Source: the human T2T-CHM13v2.0 reference genome, Homo sapiens. Taken from it: a DNA stretch of 64,000 nt. Numbering within the stretch: the stretch's first letter is position 1; the number at the start of each line of letters is the position of its first letter. Positions 17,526 to 31,150 of this stretch are shown piece by piece. The stretch is taken from contig CP068257.2 of NCBI GenBank assembly GCA_009914755.4, positions 32,320,001 to 32,384,000 of the forward strand. Reading direction: 5' to 3'. The notes beneath the pieces were generated by a model that was given only the letters and a program-made list of their open reading frames with translations, made no database searches and was not told where the DNA came from. The position numbers and the translations under genes were made by a program.

Positions 17526-17782
17526 TTAGAATTGGTTTAAGACTTAAATCCTAAAAATCAATCAGTCTGATTACTCTTGAGCAGAATTAAAAAAATATAT
17601 ATGTATAGTTTAGAGGATAAAGGAGGAATCAGTAAAACTCAAACAATCCAAGAGACAGAGAAAAGAAACAAAGAAAAGACAGAGTAAGTAGGAAGTATAA
17701 AATAAAGCAATGGTAATAAAACTAAATATATGAGTAATCATAATGCATATAAATAGAATAAATTATTCAGTTAAAAGACAGA

Positions 17783-17917
17783 AGCTAGGTGTGGTGGCTC
17801 ATGGCTTGAAGTCTCAGCTACTTGGGAGGATGGTGTGGGAGGACTGCTTAAGTCTAGGAGTTTGAGACCAGCCTGGGCACCACAGTTAGACCCTGTCTAA
17901 AAAAAAAAAAAAAAAAG
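17783..17917 (+). mobile_element. Monomeric Alu-like retrocopy (FLAM/FRAM-like) with A-tail
   Basis: 'aagctaggtgtggtggctcatggcttgaagtctcagctacttgggaggatggtgtgggaggactgcttaagtctaggagtttgagaccagcctgggcaccacagttagaccctgtctaaaaaaaaaaaaaaaaaag'. Confidence 0.7.
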
Positions 17918-17935
17918 AGATTGTTAGAATAGGTT

Positions 17936-17936
<1 letters not shown>

Positions 17937-17988
<52 letters not shown>

Positions 17989-17990
17989 TG
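17937..17990. repeat. (CA)n microsatellite, about 24 repeats
   Basis: Read directly. Confidence 0.95.
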
Positions 17991-18426
17991 CAGTCTAGTA
18001 TTCTAGTATGCCTCTTGTTTAGAGAGTGACGCAGAAAGGTAGAAAATACACACCAGGGGAATACTAATCAAAAGAAAACTAGTTCGGCTATAGTAATAAC
18101 AGACAAAATGGACTTTTTAATACATGTATAAAAACACTTTAAAGAGAAAAATAGTCACTACATATGATAAAAGGAACAGTTCATTAAGATACATTCACCT
18201 CCATTGACCTAGCAAGATCACCTTAAAACATATGTAGCAAAATTTTACAAAATTAGGAGGAAAAATAGACAAATCCATACTTGTAGTGAGAGATTTTAAC
18301 ATACCTCTCATAGTAATTGATAAACCAAGAAGACAGAGAATTAGTATGATTATGGAACATATAAACAATATAAGAAGCTTGAACAATAATTATATGTGTA
18401 ATTTTACACTCAACAATCAGAGAATA

Positions 18427-18741
18427 GGCCGGGTGCAGTGGCTCATGCTTGTAATCCCAGCACTTTGGGAGGCTGAGGTGGGTGGATCATTTGAGGTCAG
18501 GAGTTCCAGACCAGCCTGGCCAACATGGCAAAACTCCGGGTCTACTAAAAATACAAAAATTAGCTGGGCATGGTGGCGGGCACCTGTAATCTCAGCTACT
18601 CAGGAGGCTGAGGCATGAGAATCGCTTGAACCCGGGAGGTGGAGGTTGTAGTGAGCCGAGATCATGTCACTGTACTCCAGCCTGGGCAACAGAGCGAGAC
18701 TTCGTCTCAAACAACAACCACCCCGCCCCCCACTGAAAAAA
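18427..18741 (+). mobile_element. Alu SINE nested in the L1 ORF2 region
   Basis: Alu consensus with a degenerate tail 'aaacaacaaccaccccgcccccc...'. TSD 'agagaata' on both flanks. Confidence 0.9.
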
Positions 18742-19335
18742 GTTAGAGAATATACATTCTTTCTAAGCAGATACAGAAAATATACAGATTTTGACCATGT
18801 ACTGGATATTTATATCATGAAGCTATTTATGTAAAGCTTAAAAACCCATAAAACTATACTATACCATATTCATGGATCTTCATAAAAAACATAAAATACA
18901 TGGGGGCAATAGATCCTACATTCAGGCTGTAGGTTTTTCTGCAGTTGGAAGGAGGAAAAGGGGATGGGGGAGGGACATATTAGGGGCCTCAGCGGTATAT
19001 GTAGTGCTTAAAACAACCTTAAATAAGAGATCAGCTTCCTGTCCTGATCCAGAAGGAGTCTAACCTCTAAGCCTCTCTCTCTCCCACTGATTATAACTAA
19101 AACTTTTAAAAGCAGAAAATACTTAAGACTTGGAAAAGTCATAGCATGCAGACTGAGGAAGGGAGTCAAAACTTGAAGAATGAATTGTTCAGAGCTGAAT
19201 TTCTCATTTTCCCCCATTCTATTTCCCAACTTTGATCTGAGGGCAGCCTAGTTGTGGACCTAAAATCCTGAGAAAAACCCTATATTTCTGGCCAGAGGAC
19301 TGAGAAAATGGATCCCTGGGAACTAGATAATAGGG

Positions 19336-19835
19336 CAGCAGTCCCCAACCTTTTTGGCACTGGGGACCAGTTTCATGGAAGAAAATTTGTCCATGGACCT
19401 GGGTAGGGGGATGGTTTCAGGATGATTCAAGTGCGTTACATTTATTGTGCCCTTTTATTTCTATTGTTATTACATTGTAACATATAATGAAGTAATTATG
19501 CAACTCACCATAAGGTAGAATCAGTGGGAGTGCTGAGCTCGTTTTCCTGCAACTAGACGGTCCCATCTGGGGGTGATGGGAGACAGTGACAGATCATCAG
19601 GCATTTGATTCTCATAAAGAGCATGCAACCTAGATCCCTTGCATGCACAGTTCACAACAGAGTTTGTGCTCCTATAAGAATCTGATGGCTCTGCTGATTT
19701 GACAGGGGATCAGGCAGTAATGGGAGAGATGGGGACTGGCTGTAAATACAGATAAAGCTTCACTCGCTTGCTTACAGCTCACCTTCTGTTGTGTAGACCT
19801 GTAATGGTCCATGGCCCAGGGACTGGGGGCTCCTG
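19336..19835 (+). mobile_element. Non-autonomous hAT-Charlie DNA transposon (MER1-like), inserted between the two L1 pieces
   Basis: Termini 'cagcagtccccaacctttttggcac...' and '...ggcccagggactgggggctcctg' are inverted repeats of the 'CAGGGGTCCCCAACC' type. 8-bp TSD 'taataggg' / 'gagtaggg'. The internal '...atcatcaggcatttgattctcataaagagcatgcaacctagatccc...' is typical. Confidence 0.55.
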
Positions 19836-19849
19836 GAGTAGGGGAAATG

Positions 19850-22000
19850 CTGGAGAAGAGGGATTCCTTAGTTCTGTGTATGGACCAACACAAATCTTGA
19901 GCTCAGCCTCAAGTTGTATATACCCAGGACAGACCTAAAAGTACTACTGCAAAGATTTTCACAACTGACCTGACACTAGAACCCTGCAAACAGAAGGCAA
20001 GACAGAACCTGTGATCTGAACACAACAGGGTTAATGGCCTGCTAAACAAATCGAAACCAACATTCTCTAGAAGTTTTACAAGGAGAATCTAGAATTTCAT
20101 GGAATAATATTAGAAATGTACAAGATACAATCCAAACTTACTTGACACATAAAGAACCAGGAAAATGTGATTATTTTTTAAAGGAAAAGGCAATCGATTA
20201 TGTTAATCCTGAGATGGCCCAGATGCTGAAGTTATCAGACAAATACTTTACTTGTTATAACCAAGCCCATGAGGTAAAGGTAAACACCTTAAAATGGAAA
20301 GAAAAAAGTGTTTGGCAAAGAAATAGAAACTATTATAAAAGAATACAATACAACTTTTGAAAATGAAAATTGTAATATCTGAAAAACAAAACTCATTGAA
20401 TGGGCTTAATAGCAGAATGGAGATGGCAGAGGAGTCAGTGAACTTGAAGATGTATCTATAAAAATTATCTGGTCTCAAGGACAGAGAGAAAAAATGATTG
20501 AAAAAAATTAATAGAATCTCAGTGGCCTGTGGTACAAGACCAAAAGGTCTGACATTCTTGTTCTTGTAGCACCAAAAGGAAAGAGAAAAGAGACTGGATT
20601 ATGAAAAAAATATATATTTGAAGAATTAATAGCTGAAAATGTCTTACATTTCGGAAAAACATACATTTGTAGATTTAAGAAGCTCAGCAAGTCTCAAACA
20701 GAATAAACCAAAAGGAAATCATGTCCAGATGCATCACACACTGTTGAAAACCAGATATAATTGAAAAATCTTGAAAGCAGCCAGAAATAAGTAACACATT
20801 ATATATAGGGGAACAAGGATTCATATGACTGAGTATTTCTCACCAGAAACCATGGAGGCTAGAAGACAGTAGAATAACATTTTTAAAGTGCTTAAAGAAA
20901 GGAGCTTTTAACCCAGAATTCTATATTCAGAAAAAATATCCTTCAGGAATGATGGTAAAATAAATACATTCTCAGATTAAGAAAAAGTGAGAGAATTCTT
21001 TGGTATTAAACCTGCTCTAAAATAAATGCTAAAGAGAGTCTTACAGGCTGAAGGTAAATGATACCAGAGGGAAACTTGAAACTTCAGGAATGAAGGAAGA
21101 GCAACAGAAATGGTAAATATTGAGCTAAATAAAATACCCTATTTTTATCCTTTTAAATTCTTTAAATATTTATGGCTGTTGAAGGCAAAAATCATAACAT
21201 TGGTGAGGTTCTCAATGTATATAGATATAAACATATGACAGGTATAACATAAAGGGGGAGGGTAAAAGTATGTATATGTTTGTCAGGCTCCTACATTTTA
21301 CTTTGAATTGGTAAAATAGTAACTTGAAGTAGACTGTAAAACACTAGGAATGCATATTGCAATATCTAGAACAGTCACTATACACACACACACACACACA
21401 AAGAGATATTGCCAAAAAAGGCAACAGATACATTAAAATGAAATACTAAAAACTTTAAGTAATTCAAAAGAAGGCAGGAACAATGGAACAGAACCAAAAC
21501 ACACAGAGGACAAACAGAAACCACATAATACAATAATAGACATAAATTCAACCATACCAATAATTACATTAAATGTAAATGAGCTAAACATACCACTAAA
21601 AAAACAGAGATTGTCAGATTGGATAAAAAAGAAGACTCAAATATAAGCTGTCTACAAAAAGCTAATTTAAATATGACATAGGTTAAAAAAGGAAACAATA
21701 TAAAGCAAATATGATGAAATGATAGAACCAAGTGGTAGATACCTGTGAGTTAATTCTGTTACTTGCTATTATATTCTATATGTTTGAAATATTTATAATA
21801 ATAATAAAAGGTGATTGGATGATTTTTTACATAAATATTCTAGTCCTCTAGGGAGGAAAAAGGAAAGATTGGTTAATAGATACAAGTTACAGTAAGATGG
21901 GAGGGATAAGTTCTAGTGTTCTACGGCATTTTAGGGTGAATATGGTTAACAATAATTAAATGTACATGTTCAAAAAGCTGGAAGAGAGGTTTTTTTTTTT
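19850..22000 (+). mobile_element. Second LINE-1 partial copy (ORF1, ORF2 start, then 3' end; apparently internally deleted)
   Basis: ORF1-like '...aatagcagaatggagatggcagaggagtcagtgaacttgaagatg...'. ORF2 start-like '...accataccaataattacattaaatgtaaatgagctaaacataccactaaaaaaacagagattgtcagattggataaaaaag...'. Then 3'-end-like '...gatgggagggataagttctagtgttctacggcattttagggtgaatatggttaacaataattaaatgtacatg'. Confidence 0.6.
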
Positions 22001-22133
22001 TTGAGATAGAGTCTTACCCTGTCACCCAGGCTGGAGTGAAGTGGAGTGATCTCAGCTTACTGCAACCTCTGCCTCCTGAGTTTAAGCAATTCTTGTGCCT
22101 CAGCCTCTTGTGCCTCTGCAGCTCTGTAGCGAT
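21990..22133 (-). mobile_element. 5'-truncated Alu (right arm only) sitting in the A-tail of the next Alu
   Basis: Poly-T then 'gagatagagtcttaccctgtcacccaggctggagtgaagtggagtgatctcagcttactgcaacctctgcctcc...', ending abruptly at the T-tail of the Alu at 22136. Confidence 0.8.
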
Positions 22134-22135
22134 TC

Positions 22136-22447
22136 TTTTTTTTTTTATTTTTTGAGACAGAGTCTTGCTCTGTTGCCCAGGCTGGAGTGCAGTGGCATGA
22201 TCTTGGCTCACTGCAATCTCCACCTCCTGGGTTCAAGAGATTCCCGTGTCTCAGCCTCCTGAGTAGCTGAGACTGCAGGCTTGCACCACCATGCCTGGCT
22301 AATTTTTTGTATTTCAATAGAGACAGGTTTCACCATGTTGGCCAGGATGGTCTTGATCTCCTGACCTTGTGAGCTCCTGACCTCGTGATCTCCCACCTCG
22401 GCCTCCCAAAGTGCTGGGATTATAGGCATGAGCCACTGTGCTCAGCC
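22136..22447 (-). mobile_element. Alu SINE, minus orientation
   Basis: Full reverse-complement Alu. The TSD 'gaagagagg' / 'aaagagagg' brackets the whole 21990-22447 composite. Confidence 0.9.
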
Positions 22448-23094
22448 TAAAAGAGAGGATTTTGATTGTCTGCAACACAAAAAAATGATAAATGTTTGAG
22501 GTGATGGATATGCTAATTACCCTGATTGGATCATTATACATTGTACACATGTATCAAAATATCACTCTGTGTCCCATAAATATGTACAATTATTGCATAT
22601 CAACTAAAAATAAAAAGAATCAATGCCCTTTAGATGGGTATATGAGATCTTTAGATGCCTGGCTCCAGACTGATGTCTCATCTTTTTCCTTCTAGTCCCT
22701 GGTGTGGGGCCAGAGCTTAGGATCTGGAATCAGACTTCTTAAACCCAAATTCTACTTCTTACCTGGTAATCACGTCCAAAGGACTTTAACTTTCTTAAAC
22801 CTCAGAAGACTTCAACAGTAAAATAATTATAACATTGCCTAACTCTAAGGGTTTATTTTGAGGAATAAATGTAATATTGTACCTAAGTAATGGCAAAATG
22901 CTTGGCACATAGGACTTGTTTAACGAACATGAGCTGTTATTAGCTAGACTGATTCACCTGGCTGGAGTCACTGATTCCACTGTAGGTCATCCTAGTTCCC
23001 TGCCTTTTACTACCAACGAAACACAGATTGCAACACATTAATGGCTGGTGAAATCAATAGTTTATTGTGACCAGCATTAAAAAAAAAAATTGTA

Positions 23095-23504
<410 letters not shown>

Positions 23505-25099
23505 TTAGGATAATGATTGTTTCAGTGTGTGGGTATAAAACATATTTATTATTGTGGGTTTTGGCCAAAAGAAGCTTGAGAAACACGGGTTTCCATGATT
23601 CCTTTTGCCTGGAGTACTGAAGCTTAGTGCCGCCCTCCAATGGATTTTCAACAGCCTGTTGGAGCCCCACTTCCTTGAAAAGTTTTCACATGATTTTCTT
23701 TAGCCAGAGTGCAAAACCTGTGGAAGCCATGGGTACGTTTTAAACAAGGGAGTGATGAGATGTGATTTACATTCTAAGAACAGGCGCTCCTGTGAAGAGG
23801 AAGCCTCAGGAGGGAGTGAGAGCAGAAGGGAGCCCACCTGTGGTTGTCTCAGCAACAGCAGAAGAACCTGGGCCGCTGGGAGTGGAGTTGGAGAGAAACA
23901 GGTTGATTTGGAAGTTCTTCTGCAGGTAGAACGGAAAGGCGAATTCTGCAAGATGCTCTGGGGTCCACTGAGCTCAGCTGCTGAGGCTCAGCTCTTTCTG
24001 TGGCTTCTTCTTGAGCAGCCTGTTGACCAAGATGTGGCCCATGCCACTCCCTATATTCGGAGTCCATTTTCTGATGCCCTCTTTCAGCTCTTCGCCTGCA
24101 CTCATCTGTGACTGCCTGGTACTGCTAGGAAGCCTCTGTTTGTGTCTCATCTCTCCAGGTGGACTGGAGCTCCTGGGGGTCCTTTCCTTTGTGGGGGTTC
24201 TCAATATCAGAATGGAGTCGCTTATGTCAAACCCTAACAAAATGGAGGTGGAGGTCACGAATTGGAGCCTATATGCGTGCCTGTAACAGGACTTGTCACA
24301 AGGAATCCCTGCACATATGTGTATGATGGGGACTATGCCAGGAACTCCTCACATATGGAGGATTCGAGGTAAGCCATTTGCTCAAGGACACTTACCCAGC
24401 AATGGCAGCCTCCACTAATGAGACATCGCGAACTCCTGTAATCAATGGTCTTTGTTTCTAAACAGCTTATGTGGAATTCTCCGTTTTTTTGTCTGTAAAA
24501 GTTTTCTTTAGCCCCAGTCTCTTTGGATATGCCTATGATTCATCATAGCACATGTTTCCCAGGTTGCAATCCCCTGCAATTCCCAAATAAGCTCCTTTTG
24601 TGGAGATCCTGTCTCTCTCTGTCATTATTTAGGTTGACACCTTTTATGTCCTGCATTGCTGTTGATGACACCCACATTTGTACCTCCTGCTTGAATGTCC
24701 CCTCCCCCAACTCCAAAATTCCTCTCTCTGTCTACCCTGTACCTCTATTTGAACCACTAAGAGGCATCTCAGACTTAAAGTGTCCCAAACTGAGCCCCTG
24801 TGATGCCCCCAGAGCTGCTCCTCCCCACCACCTCCTCCTCAGCAATGGCAGCTTGATTCTTCTTTGGGCTTTATTCAGTCCCCCAACTTTGGAGCTTTCT
24901 TGACCCCTCTCTATTGCTCACATGCCATATTCAATGTGTAGGCAAATCCTTTGGCCCTGCCTTCCAAAGACATGCAGAATCTACTCACTTCTCGCCACCT
25001 CGCTGTCTCACTCTGCGTCAGGCCACCCTGTGTGTCCTTGCACAATTGCGGGAGCCTTGGCTCGAGTCCTCCAGACCTTCTACCTCTTTGACTTCATCT

Positions 25100-25692
25100 A
25101 GTGCTGCTCCAAGCCCCGTGCTCTTCCTTGGACACACCAGGCATGCTGCCAGCAGAGCCTTTGCATGTGCTGTTCCCTTTGTCGGGAAGCCTTTTCCCCA
25201 GCTATCTGCTCAGCTCATCCGCTGTCTCTTTCGTCCTCGCTCAGATTCCCCTTCTCTGTGAAGCCTTTCTGACCATCCTCATTAAAATCAAATAACCCCA
25301 CCCCTCCACTCTCTTGCCCATTTTCCTCATCCATTTCCCCCTAGGACTAATCACTCTCTAACATTCTCTATATATTTTTCTGATATATTTGTTTATATGT
25401 CTTGCATAAACAAAATGATTTGGTTTATGGTCTATCTCTTCTTGCTAGAATGTGAGCTCTACAAGGGTAGGGATGCTTGCTTATTTTGTCACCGTTGTGT
25501 CCCTGACTCCTAAAATGCTGACGGTGTGGCCAGCTGCATGCCCTGCTGTCTCTATTTTGAAACTCTAACAAAATTTTGGACAAGACCCTCCTCTTTCATT
25601 TTATGCTGGACCTGGAAAATTACAGAGCAGGTTCTGACTTCCAGGCACATGGTACGCATTCAATAAATAATCTCTTGAATGAATGTTGAATG
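25100..25692 (+). mobile_element. LINE-2 (L2) 3' end fragment
   Basis: '...cttctctgtgaagcctttctgaccatcctcattaaaatcaaataaccccacccc...gctagaatgtgagctctacaagggtagggatg...ggcacatggtacgcattcaataaataatctcttgaatgaatgttgaatg'. The start is uncertain. Confidence 0.5.
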
Positions 25693-25744
25693 TAGTGGTT
25701 TTCAAAGCAGATGGGAGATAAGAGGTTACTGAGTGGTTGACTGA

Positions 25745-26010
25745 ATGGAGGGAGGGCTGATCATTCATTCATTCACGCATTCATTCATTCACTAACATTC
25801 AACAAATATTTACCTGACATCCTTAGGGATTAAATTTCTGTCCACTGATAGTGAACCTCATGCATCATGTTGCACAGTCCATAGATGTGAGGGATTTTAC
25901 GAACACAACACCCTGTGATGTAGGTATGATTGTCTCCACTTCCAGATGAGGATACTGAGAAGTTAAGGCATTGCCTGAGGTCATGTGGCTAGTGGAAGCC
26001 ACAGGCAGGA
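25745..26010 (-). mobile_element. MIR/L2-type 3' end, minus orientation, tail-to-tail with the preceding L2
   Basis: 'tcattcattcattcacgcattcattcattcactaacattcaacaaatatttacctg...aggtatgattgtctccacttccagatgaggatactgagaagttaaggcattgcctgaggtcatgtggctagtggaagccacaggcagg'. Confidence 0.55.
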
Positions 26011-26840
26011 TTATCCCATGGCTGGCCAGGCTGAGCTGTAGGGGCAGCTCCTGTACTCTCAGCCTCCTCCTTCAGAATCCCTCCTCCTCACTCCCCATTC
26101 GTGGGCTGCTTCTCCCAGGATCAGGCAGCCTCTGCCCACCTTTTCTCACTTCACCCTTTCTCCTTGCAGAATTAGAAAGAATCGGCTCCAGCTATTTGTT
26201 TCTTACTGTGGATTTATCCATGTGTCACCTCTCCCAGGCAGAATTACATTCTGAAGGCATCTCTAATTGAGATTGCTCCATGGGGAAGGACTCTTAGGGC
26301 TCAGAAAGCAGGTGGTAAAGCCCTGGAGTGAGGCAGGAACCCCAAAGCCCTATGACACCCCATATAGGTACCCCCAAACCTGCCTATACTTCAGGCCAGG
26401 CCCCCAGTATAGAGATGGAAAAATAGTCCCACTTTTGGTCACAGATTCTGGAAAACTGTGAGATTCTGGGGAAATCCATTTTGAGTAATACCTTTTAGAA
26501 GAAGAAAAAAATGGAAGTAGCTTATCATAGAATGGGTTTTGTTAGACAAAGATGGCAATTCAGGAGGAAACATAAATTTAACAACTCTCAAGTATGCACA
26601 GCTGACATCTCGTAGAGCGGGGCTGGTGACTAAGCCAGAAGTTACTGTCTGCATCCTTTGTAACTTACAAATAAAAATGAGGACCAGACATTAGTTATGA
26701 AATGCATGAACAACCACTGCTCTGGGAGCCACATAAAAAGATGGTGATTCCAAACATTTAACCTTAGCATTTGTCTGTGTGGTTTCATTTGAAAATGATG
26801 GGGTGCTTGAAACTCTCAGAACTTAGAAAACTCTTAAGTT

Positions 26841-27140
<300 letters not shown>

Positions 27141-27263
27141 TAACAAATATAAGAAATAGATAAAAATATAATACATAATGAATATAATAAACAAATATAA
27201 TAAATATACAAATATATAAATATTGTATTCTATATGTAAACTCATGTATTTTATATATGAATA

Positions 27264-28037
27264 TATTATATGCATAACATAATATATTGTGTGTGTATTA
27301 TGTGCATAACATAATATATTGTGTGTGTATTATGTGCGTAACATAATATATTGTGTGTATTATGTGCGTAACATAATATATTGTGTGTGTATTATGTGCG
27401 TAGCATAATATATTGTGTGTGTATTATGTGCGTAGCATAATATATTGTGTGTATTTGTGCGTAACATAATATATTGTGTGTGTATTATGTGCGTAACATA
27501 TTGTGTGTGTATTATGTGCGTAACATAATATATTGTGTGTATTATGTGCGTAACATAATATATTGTGTGTGTATTATGTGCGTAACATAATATATTGTGT
27601 GTGTATTATGTGCGTAACATAATATGTTGTGTGTATTATGTGCGTAACATAATATATTGTGTGTATGTGTGTAACATAATATATTGTGTGTATATTATGT
27701 GTGTAACAATATGTTGTCTGTATATTATGTGTGTAACATAATATATTGTGTGTCTATTATGTGTGTAACATAATATATTGTGTGTCTATTATGTGTGTAA
27801 CATAATATATTGTGTGTCTATTATGTGTGTAACATAATATATTGTGTGTCTATTATGTGTGTAACATAATATATTGTGTGTCTATTATGTGTGTAACATA
27901 ATATATTGTGTGTCTATTATGTGTGTAACATAATATATTGTGTGTCTATTATGTGTGTAACATAATATATTGTGTGTCTATTATGTGTGTAACATATATT
28001 GTGTGTCTATTATGTGTGTAACATAATATATTGTATA
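27264..28037. repeat. Minisatellite, ~24 tandem copies of a 30-32-bp unit, in two sub-blocks
   Basis: Block 1 (27264-~27700) unit 'gtgtgtgtattatgtgcgtaacataatatatt' with 30-32-bp variants. Block 2 (~27700-28037) unit 'gtgtgtctattatgtgtgtaacataatatatt', nearly perfect for ~9 copies. Confidence 0.95.
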
Positions 28038-28789
28038 TACATTTGAAAATATTGTATATATAAAGTATATAACATAAAAATCAGAAATAAACATAAGGAA
28101 TGTAAGTATTGAAATTACATTGTGAGCTTGCTTTTTGTACTCAGACCTTCCCCACAGTGTTAGGATGGTTTCATTGGCAAATAAAAGAAACTGAACCCAA
28201 CCCAGCTTAGGACTTCAGGAAAATTGATTGAATGATTGCTTGATTGCTTCTATGATTGAAAACGCTGCCTCACCTCCAGGCCTCCCTGGCTTGATGCCCA
28301 GAGGGGCAAAAGGAGCTTCTCTTTTCTCCCAGCAGTCACATGTCAAATCCTAGATGAGCTCAGGCTGGCCTTACTTGGACACACGCCCCTCCCTTGGGCC
28401 TTTGACTTAGCAGGAAGGATGGGGGGCTAATTAGCCAGAACTTGAGGGGGCCAGACACTGTGACTGAACCCCCAGAATCAATACCATCAGCTTTGGGGAG
28501 AAGCAGCTCCCAGGAAAAAGAAACAGTAATTGCCTATAATCTTGCTTTTCTTTCCATGCTGACAAGAGACATTTTCCCTGAGACTGACAGAAAGCGCTGT
28601 GTTATAAAGAACTAGTCCTTTCTCTTAGCTGTTTTCATAATTCCAGGTGTTTTCTGTTCCAGTCAAAAGACTCGAGAAAAGAAAAATTTCCCAAGAGAGA
28701 GGATCAACTTCTTCTTTATTTTGGGAACAGTAGCTAAAATGTGGTCTCTGGACCCAGGCTAACCTAGATTTCAACACTGCATCTCCTGT

Positions 28790-28945
28790 GGAGTGTAGGA
28801 ACTTGGGAATTTAGGTCCAGTTGGCCTTCACTTTCCCTGTTTGCAAAACAGAGATAAAATTATACCCCTCTTAGTTTTATGGTAAGGATTAGATAAAATA
28901 ACACGTATTACCAAATAGCACAGTTCTTGGTAGATTTTCTTTTAT
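28790..28945 (+). mobile_element. MIR SINE fragment
   Basis: '...ttccctgtttgcaaaacagagataaaattatacccctcttagttttatggtaaggattagataaaataacacgtattaccaaatagcacagttcttggtag' parallels MIR '...tcagtttcctcatctgtaaaatggggataataatagtacctacctcatagggttgttgtgaggattaaatgag...'. Confidence 0.55.
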
Positions 28946-29606
28946 TTACTTTCTCCTTCAAATACCCACTGGGTAATTTTTTACCCCTCGAGAAGCCTTG
29001 GAAAAGCAGTGATACTGGATGCATTCCCTTATCTTATCACTTGTCACATTCATTATGCTGAAATCATTCATTTAAGTGTGACTCTCTCTTTTATTTTCCA
29101 TCAGGCGGCAGGTTCCTTGAGATCCAGGGCCATGTGTTATCCGTTTTGATGTCCCCAGTGTCAGACTTAATGCCTGGGAACACAATAGGAATTCAACCAA
29201 TGTGGAGCTGCTGAACTATTGAACCACCAGATAGAGCTTTTGAGGGTGACCGATCGTTATTGCCTTTAGAAAAGCAAGATTGGTGGGTTACACCCACACA
29301 GAGCCAAGTTAGACTATTTTCTGGAATTTGTTTAACCCAGGGTATGTATTTACCTGGACCACAAAGAGAATGTTGATGTGACCAAGTCATCTTATAGGGG
29401 AATGGCAAGGAAGGGAAGAGGCAACAGGGAGTTACATGGCTGGGTTGGAATCTTAACTCTCCCGCCTACTTGCTTGTGGAATCTGAAGCAAGTTTTTTCA
29501 TCTATTTCTACCTCAGTTTTCTGATTTTTAAAATGGTACAATAATACCAACTACATGGGACTATTGGGATAATTAAATGAGACAATGTATTTAAAAAGCC
29601 ACTGCA

Positions 29607-30002
<396 letters not shown>

Positions 30003-31039
30003 TTAACTGCTGTAACAAAGGGGCTCCAAAGTACAGTGACTTACCAAGAGAGAAGTTGATCTGTTTCCATGTCACAGTCTGGAGGTCAGCAGGTCAGGGC
30101 TGCTGGGGTAGCTCCACATCCTTAATACGTGCTTTCCATTTCTGTGTCTAAGGAGATACCCTGGTTCTTCTCCTCTCCTTCCAGCAGTGGAAAGGGGGAA
30201 AGGGACTGGGCACAAGGGGTCGATGATACTACCAATTTTTTGAGGGCAAGATCAGGATGTGACCCTCATCACTTCTGCTGGCTTTACCTCGTCACATGAC
30301 CATGGCTACTGCAAGGGAGACTGGGAAATGTAGTCTTTGGCCAGGCAGCCATGTTGCCAGCTAAAATTTATACTACAGAAGTATAGAAAAACAAAAATTG
30401 GGAGACAACCAGCCACCTGCCATAGCCACTTAGGACCTCACGAAAAAAGGCAAGAGTGATAGTTACCTCTCAAAAGGGCTCTTTGCTGGGTTCCCTTGGC
30501 AGCAAGTGCATAGTACAAAGTCTAACTCCCCATGAACCAGAAGGGAATTCAGGAAATGATTCAGGCTCCCTGGCTGACTCAAACACTCAGGATCCTGGAG
30601 AGAAAAGTAGCCATACACCCATTTGGGGCTTGGGGTTTAGTTTATAATAATAATAATGACTTTGGCACAGAAAACTTCCTGAGGGTTAATGAATGACTGG
30701 CTTGGATTAATAGCCCAAATCACTGCTGAAATCTATCAACTCCTTCCAGCTTCATATTAATCTACAGGAAATTCTTTGTATACCGAGCTATTACAGCTTC
30801 AATCTCACAAAATAAAAATGAATGGATGTTTCATTAGAACTTGGAAAAAAACTTGATCACCATTGTGGGTGGCCACCATGCTGTTATTATTTTTTTTCCA
30901 GGCACATTTCCTGCATTTCCTCCGGTTCTCTTTCTGGCTTCAATTTGCTGCAGTGGCAACAGCAGCAGCTGGCCCTCTAGACTAACATCTCCTTGCTATT
31001 TATAATACACTTTGCAATGCTCATTATTTCTTAACTTTG

Positions 31040-31150
31040 TCTTCCCAGATAGACTGGGAGCTCCATGAGGTCCGAGACAACCTGAAGACGCCCAGCTCAG
31101 CAGAGACTGGCTACGGCAATCACTCAGTAACTATTTGTTGAATTGGACAT
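31040..31150 (+). mobile_element. L2/MIR-type 3' end fragment
   Basis: '...gactgggagctccatgaggtccgagacaacctgaagacgcccagctcagcagagactggctacggcaatcactcagtaactatttgttgaattgg' parallels '...ctccatgagggcagggact...cagcgcctag...ggcacatagtaggcgctcaataaatatttgttgaatgaatg'. Confidence 0.45.

Noticed and set aside
27264-28037. A regular tandem array that could superficially be mistaken for a CRISPR repeat-spacer array
   Set aside because: The units are contiguous 32-bp repeats with no unique spacers. The sequence is primate DNA with no cas genes.
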